A stretch of 64,000 bases of DNA, taken from positions 62,001 to 126,000 of the forward strand of contig JBLWGC010000041.1 of NCBI GenBank assembly GCA_048772705.1, written 5' to 3'. A program made the position numbers and the translations under genes. Shown here piece by piece: positions 58,151 through 64,000 of this stretch. Below the pieces are notes generated by a model. That model was not told the DNA's origin, made no database searches, and saw only the letters and a list, made by a program, of their open reading frames with translations. Position 1 is the stretch's first letter. Every line of letters begins with the position of its first letter. Source of the stretch: Leidyana gryllorum EB-2025a. Taxonomy: Eukaryota > Protista > Apicomplexa.

Positions 58151-61100
58151 TTACCTCTCGCACAGGGCTAAGATGACCTTAAGATCGGCTTTCATACTCT
58201 CACGTGTCGGAGATCGAAGAGCTTCTGAGCCTTAGTGAACAGACAGACAGATTAGGACGCCGTTTCCTACCTGTTACAGGATTTCCCCCATCGGATATAC
58301 TCCTCTGAACAATGCGAACCGCTCTCTCGATCATAGTCGTTAGTTGAATCTTCTCCGGCGAGCTGAGCGCCACCTCGTCGATATTCACATTCATTAGGGC
58401 ATGGCTGGACAGATTGTGGCGTTACCCTCACCCGTGTGGAGACTTACGTTATCCAGTTGGCTCGCCTTGGGACATCCAACACGTCAGTGACGACAGAAGC
58501 CATCGGAACTCTCTTGATGGAAGGATCCCCAGAGGACGTTGCCAGACGGAATCGGGAAGTGTTCTCATCCGCTCGATGCTGGAAGCAGGCAGCCATGCTG
58601 TCGGAGAGGACTGGTTAGGGGTAGGGATCGTCGTGAGTCACAGACATCATTTTCGGAACGTTACCTTTCACGACAGCCACCACAATTGACGTCTTATCTT
58701 TGAGACGCTCATCCTTGACATTCATGTGTCTTGTGGCAAGGATGGTCCAGAATCCGTGGGTTTTCTCGTCATTATCCTTGGAGCACGCGTGGTACAACGC
58801 AGTGTCCAGCTCGCCATCACCAATATGCTTGAGCAGCTGCTCAGCAACCGCTTCCTTGACGTTTGAGAGGTCAATTTGCGAGAGATCGGTGGTGTGCGAG
58901 TTGTAGTTCTGGTCGTGGGCTGAGCGTGAGGACACCAATTGATCTTCGTGAGGGGTGGAGATGATGCCCTGTGGAGGGGCGTTGGGGCTTGCACGCAGAG
59001 CGGAGCTCGACGGCGGAGCCAACCGGCCACCATAAGGAGCCCACGACTCCACCATGGCTCCATGAGGTCTGCCGTAGATGGCCGAAGCACTGGCTGGCCA
59101 GTGCTGATGCCCAGTGGACGCAGTTGTCCCCAGACCGTCGTAAGGAGGGAACCGGCTGCTGGGTCGGAGGGGTGGCACCCCAGCTGTTACACTTTCGTAG
59201 GATCTGTCAGTGTAGCTGGGCCCACCATCTGAAGGGAGGTTATGAAACAGAGCCGCGATTGGGGGGAAGCTTACACTGGGAGCGGGTAGTGCGATGAGCA
59301 CAGGCAGGCATCTCTAAGGGCGTAGGAAGCTCGTGATGATGGTGGTGGTGAAAGTCGGGATGGTAGGTACGACTGGAGGCGGAGGGCGGGGGAATGGAAT
59401 GGTAACATCGGTACGGAGGTGCCATCTCGGAGACGCAGTCCAGACACTCATGTGGAGCTGGTACTGTGTGGTGGTAGTGTGTGGGCTCCGCACCCATGGT
59501 GGCAGATCTCCGTTGGGCTGGCGAGATGGGCGGTTGCAGGTGTTCCATGAAGTTCTGACGCATTGTCTCGAATTGAATTCGGAGATTCTCCAACGCAGCC
59601 TTCATCGAAGAGGATTTTTCGCTGATGATATCGATCAACTCGGTCTGAAGGCGAGAATTGGGGATTCAGTTGCAGCAAAGGAGTCGACTCACGTTGTCCT
59701 TGGGCGCCGTCGGAGTGGCTCGGTTCTGCAAGAACTGCTCGGTGATCATAGAGCGTTGTTGCTCGAACAGACGCTCCAATTGGGACGAGAATTGTTGTAC
59801 AAGAGTGTCCTTCTGTAAATCCATTGTCTGCCGAATCTCCGCAACATCCTCAATGATACTGCTCAATTTGCTCTGTAGAGCAGATTTGAGCAGCGTGGAT
59901 GTTTTGGAGAGATGGTCAGCTTGCAGTGTAGACATTTGTTTCGCAACACCACCCAAAATGTCGTTCTTGGTGCGAAGCAGTAGACTGTTCAATATCTCCT
60001 CGGATACTCCAGTACCCTCGCTGTTCAACTTGCCCACTTCTTCTGATGCAGCAGTCACGGAAGATTTGACAGTGTCGGTCAACGAGCCCAGCCTCTCTTC
60101 CAATGTCTCCTCGATGCCTTTCAGGATGACTTGGCACACATAATTAGACATATGACTGAGAAAAGGCATTTTTCTCACACGGAAGACCCGTAAGTGCCAC
60201 TCACTGTGAAAGGGATTCGCTGAGCGATTTGATCGCACTGTTGACGCTCTGTTGGATCACTCGCTCGACTTGGTGAGTGATACGAGTGCTATTCTCCAAC
60301 ATACTCTGGTTCGAGACCAAGCGGTCTATGCGCCTGGAGAGATCTGCAGGAGGCAGCAAATTAATCTTTGAGCCCGAAGGTGGTGAGAGGAGTGAGCGTA
60401 CCTTCAAAGTCGAAATGAGTAGATGGAGCTGCAGGCTGGGAGAGAGGGATCCGAGACTCCAGTTTTGACACAATGAGTGTCGCCAACCCATCCAAAGAAA
60501 CATTCTGCTCCTGAGGTTTGGGAGAGTCTCCGACGAGAGTGTAGTTGGGAGCACCCCACATCCTCTCATTCTCGTCTCCTTGTTTCTCTAAGGGAGAACT
60601 GAATCCGGGAGGGACGGTGAGAGGCGCGGCGAGAGGATCTAACGAGAGGTCGGGAGACTCTCGCAAACTTCTCACTTCCTCCTGTATGTCTCGCAGATCG
60701 TGTTCCTCATACGATGCGACGCCGTCCTCCATGTCGTCACCAGCCTCGTCATCGGGCTGAATGACTAACTCCTCTTCGGTATCATCCGACGAGGAAGGAG
60801 AGCTTTCGACGTCCCCTTCATTATCATCTTCACCTTCGCCTTCACCATGTTGGGGTATTGGCTCACGGCTCGGAGCTCCCGAACTGGAAGCCGAGACAGC
60901 CGCGCTTCCGTGACGGGGACGAGTTCCAGTGATGACCTTGGAGGAGTCGATGAGATTAAAATGAGCGGTCTCCGCTGGATTCGTGGTGGAGGGAACAATC
61001 AAATAGTATTGGTCATCTCTGACATTGACGATTGCGCGGGTGCCTGGGAATGCCTTGTGCCATTTGACTTGCAGATCACCCCCTGCAATCCATTTGAACT

Positions 61101-62464
61101 GAGCTATCCGAGTGAAAGGCGCCGAGCGCGAGCTTTTGGTCCTCTCCACAATAAATGTGAGGTGTCCGTCCAGGGTGAAGACCGGTGAATAGCGTACAGT
61201 GGGGCTGGTCTTCGCGGTTTGACGGAATCTGACAGTGCTGAGCACCGGCGACACGCGACAATTGTCCAGAGACTGAGCACTCGCAGCAGAAGACCGACCT
61301 ACGGGTCCATTCCAAGAAAACAAGTCGTAAAGAGCAAACTCCCCAGGCGTCTGTGTTTCGACACACATGGCGTTGCTTTGGAGACTGTGACCTTTAGTCT
61401 TGCCACGCCATTCATCCGACTCCGTTCTTCCACCGGACGAGCCCACGTTCTCCGCTGTCAATGGCGGAATGGCGTACTGGGCAGTCGCTCGGTTTTTCTC
61501 GCTCGGAGGACTGGGCCTCGCTTGACCGTTGATCATAAAACGATGAGCTTTGGTCGTTTCCAAGCGAAAAACGCCTCTGAAACATAAAGGATTGGTCTCT
61601 TCCGCGTTGTAAACAGCCACATGACCCTCGGTGAACAGAATGAACAATCGATCACAATCGCCAATTCTTTGGAAGCAAAAGTCGCGGAACTGGATTAAAG
61701 TCTCTACAGTGTGGGTAACAGGTTAGGTTAGGTTGAGTTGAAGTCAAGAGACGCAAACTCACTGTAGTCGTTTGGTGCGGCACCCGGGATGGTTTTGTGC
61801 AAACTTGCCACTCGTCGAACGACAGTGTACTTCTCGAGCTTGCACTTCGACGTCATACACAACTCACTGTCATACACAGTGACAACCTCGCTAGACCCGA
61901 TGTCATGCAGAGCCATGAATTCCTTGTGGAAGGTAACAAACAACCAGTCAGGAGACGCATGCCAGCCCGCTTTGATCGGTTTGAGGTCCTCCTCTTTCGG
62001 GAACCGATATGTTCGTACCAGTTTCATCTCGTCGGGATCGTCAATCGGGACTCGATAAATAAATACATTCCCCTCGCAGGTCAACACAGACACGTGAGGA
62101 GCTCGCGGATCATGAAGACACTCGATCTGCCGTACTTCTTCGGCGCACTGCGCTACCCGTGTCCATGCAGCTTGCCCTCCGACCACCAGGGTCATGTAAA
62201 TCCGACTGCCCTCCTCAGGGCCGAGATTGCAGGCATAGCATATCACACTGCGAAATATAGTGTTTGAGCCGACTTGAAGTGTGAGAAAATCGCTTACGGC
62301 GGACTTTGATGGAGGAGTGGTCGATCTTCAAGTGGTGCAGGACTGTTTATCTGACTCAACACACTCTCATAACTGAACGTTTCCTCTGCGTCAACGATTT
62401 TTGGCAAATCAACGTCAACATTCGACCTTAAAGCGACCTTTAACGACTCATCACTCGGTAGCAT
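58151..62464 (-). CDS. EDC4/Ge-1/Varicose-like protein (N-terminal beta-propeller, Ser/acidic linker, helical C-terminus), multi-exon
   Basis: WD-like N-terminal strands, acidic linker, coiled-coil region, C-terminal LLKHIGDGELDTALYHAC and RRANWI..ALMNVN. Family assignment rests on architecture only. Confidence 0.5.
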
Positions 62465-62503
62465 CTTCAGAGCCTGGTGGTGGCAAAAAAATTGTGGTTG
62501 AAA

Positions 62504-63680
62504 ATGCTAGCCCAGGGTCCGGGCAAAGCTTCTGGAGCTGCAGGCACCATTGCTCGTCTCAATGTGTTCGGGTCGACCAAGCGGAGTAAACAATGCCCCA
62601 ATTGTCGCGACCGCGGTACCATTGTCTATGATAATCACAGTGGAGATGAACTTTGCTCCCAGTGTGGACAGGTTCTGGAACAAAAGGTTATGAGCGAGGA
62701 ACAGGAGTGGCGTAGCTTCTCAAATACCGACGGAGGCAGCGGAAACGATAGGTCTCGCGTTGGTGGTAAGTCTAGCCGCCACTCTTAGCTCTCCTCGCAT
62801 CAACATTTGTGTCCACAATTAGGCGTGAATGACACGTGGCTGGAAGAGGGAGTGCAAGGCACCACCATGATGGGGGGCGACCGACGCTTCAACCGTTTAG
62901 CGCAAGCACATGAGCTAGCCACGGTAGGTGTTTCAGAATTATCTTACACAACGATGGACACATAAACCAATCGTAGTCGGCGTCCAGTAGCGACCGTCAG
63001 CTCAAGACCGCCTTCAACAATCTTCGTCTGATCGGTGACCACTTTGGGCTGCGTGACAACGCGCTTGAGCGTTGCAAGGAGATTGTAAAGGACATGCAAA
63101 CGAGTGGCAATCTACGGAGCCGCACCGGAATCACCTATATGCTCTCTGTTGTGTACCTAGCTTGCCGCGAAGAGAATTTGACCTGGACCTTAAAGGAGCT
63201 CACCAGTTTCGACCGCACCATTCAAGAACGCGATTTGGGCAAAGCAGTCAACAAAATCAAGAAGTCTTTGCCCCAACGGAATCTCAACCCCACTACATAT
63301 GCTTCTGCTGAATTGATCGTAAGTGAAAGCAGTCACGCTTGTTGGGATTTATACAAACGTGTGTGCTGCAGCCCCGGCATTGCCAAGTACTGAACTTGGG
63401 GCCGCCCGTTGTGCAGACGGCTGAACACATAGCACGAAAGGCGGAGCAGCTGATCCCCCGCAACCATAAACCCAACAACGTGGCGGCTTCAGCCATCTAC
63501 TTGGCGGCTCAACTCCACAATGTACAAATGTTGAAGGCAGCTGACATAGCTCAAGCTTCCCGGTCTGGTTACAGTGCTATGATGGCAGTCTATAGAGAGA
63601 TGGTACCCGTAATCAGAAGCCTAGTTCCCCCTAACTTCGTACCATTGAATGTTGGAGGGTTCAATGCCCTCAAACAATGA
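62504..63680 (+). CDS. TFIIB: Transcription initiation factor IIB, multi-exon
   Basis: Zn ribbon CPNC..GDELCSQCGQV, B-reader EQEWRSFS..RSRVG, cyclin repeats VYLACREE..TLKEL and KPNNVAASAIYLA. Confidence 0.95.
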
Positions 63681-63696
63681 AAAACTGCAATATATT

Positions 63697-64000
63697 ATGA
63701 TCCCTCCCGAGACAGCTGTTCAATTCTTCCGAGAGGAATTCTATACATCGGCTGAAAATGGCACAGAGCGGATTGAAGCGCTGCAGAATGTTCATTTAAT
63801 AGCCAAAGCCATCACGCCCCACCAATGTGTTACTCAGCTTATTCCATTGCTCGACGGTAGGATACGTTGGATCGTAGGTGTTTCGACAAGCTGAAAAACG
63901 TTAGATATCGTGAGACCGACTGATGATCCGGACGACGAGGTTCTGCACGTATTATGTGAGCAACTGCTCGTCTTGACCGAGTACGTGGGCGGCGAACAGG
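63697..64000 (+). CDS. PP2A scaffold (A/PR65) subunit, 5' part (runs off the right edge)
   Basis: RIEALQNVHLIAKAI...TQLIPLL, then DDEVLHVLCEQL..L.EYVGG (first HEAT repeats). Confidence 0.8.

Noticed and set aside
1-64000. rRNA, tRNA, snRNA, transposons, prophage or CRISPR
   Set aside because: No recognisable signatures, transposase/RT ORFs, terminal repeats or repeat-spacer arrays were seen by eye. A covariance-model scan would be needed to exclude small RNAs.

Overview
Very gene-dense eukaryotic DNA with short GT-AG introns (mostly 44-59 nt). An alveolin/IMC protein, a PhIL1-like protein, an AKMT-like SET protein, a short ADF and an apicomplexan-type PI4KIII-beta indicate an apicomplexan, probably a gregarine-like compact genome (inference). 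About 30 protein genes fill the window, often with only 2-50 nt between them. The standout is an 11-exon gene (5040-18938) that I spliced by hand into a ~4412-aa protein made almost entirely of 27 tandem C2 domains, with no transmembrane anchor. Nine of its ten introns fall at the same codon and phase of the repeat. Other points of note: a ZNFX1-like gene with decayed helicase motifs, an intronless bacterial-type FGGY kinase (horizontal transfer candidate), an RsmE with no targeting peptide, and head-to-head gene pairs 16-50 nt apart, most with a T/A tract. I could not support any rRNA, tRNA, CRISPR array or transposon. Gene models are manual, and some termini are approximate.
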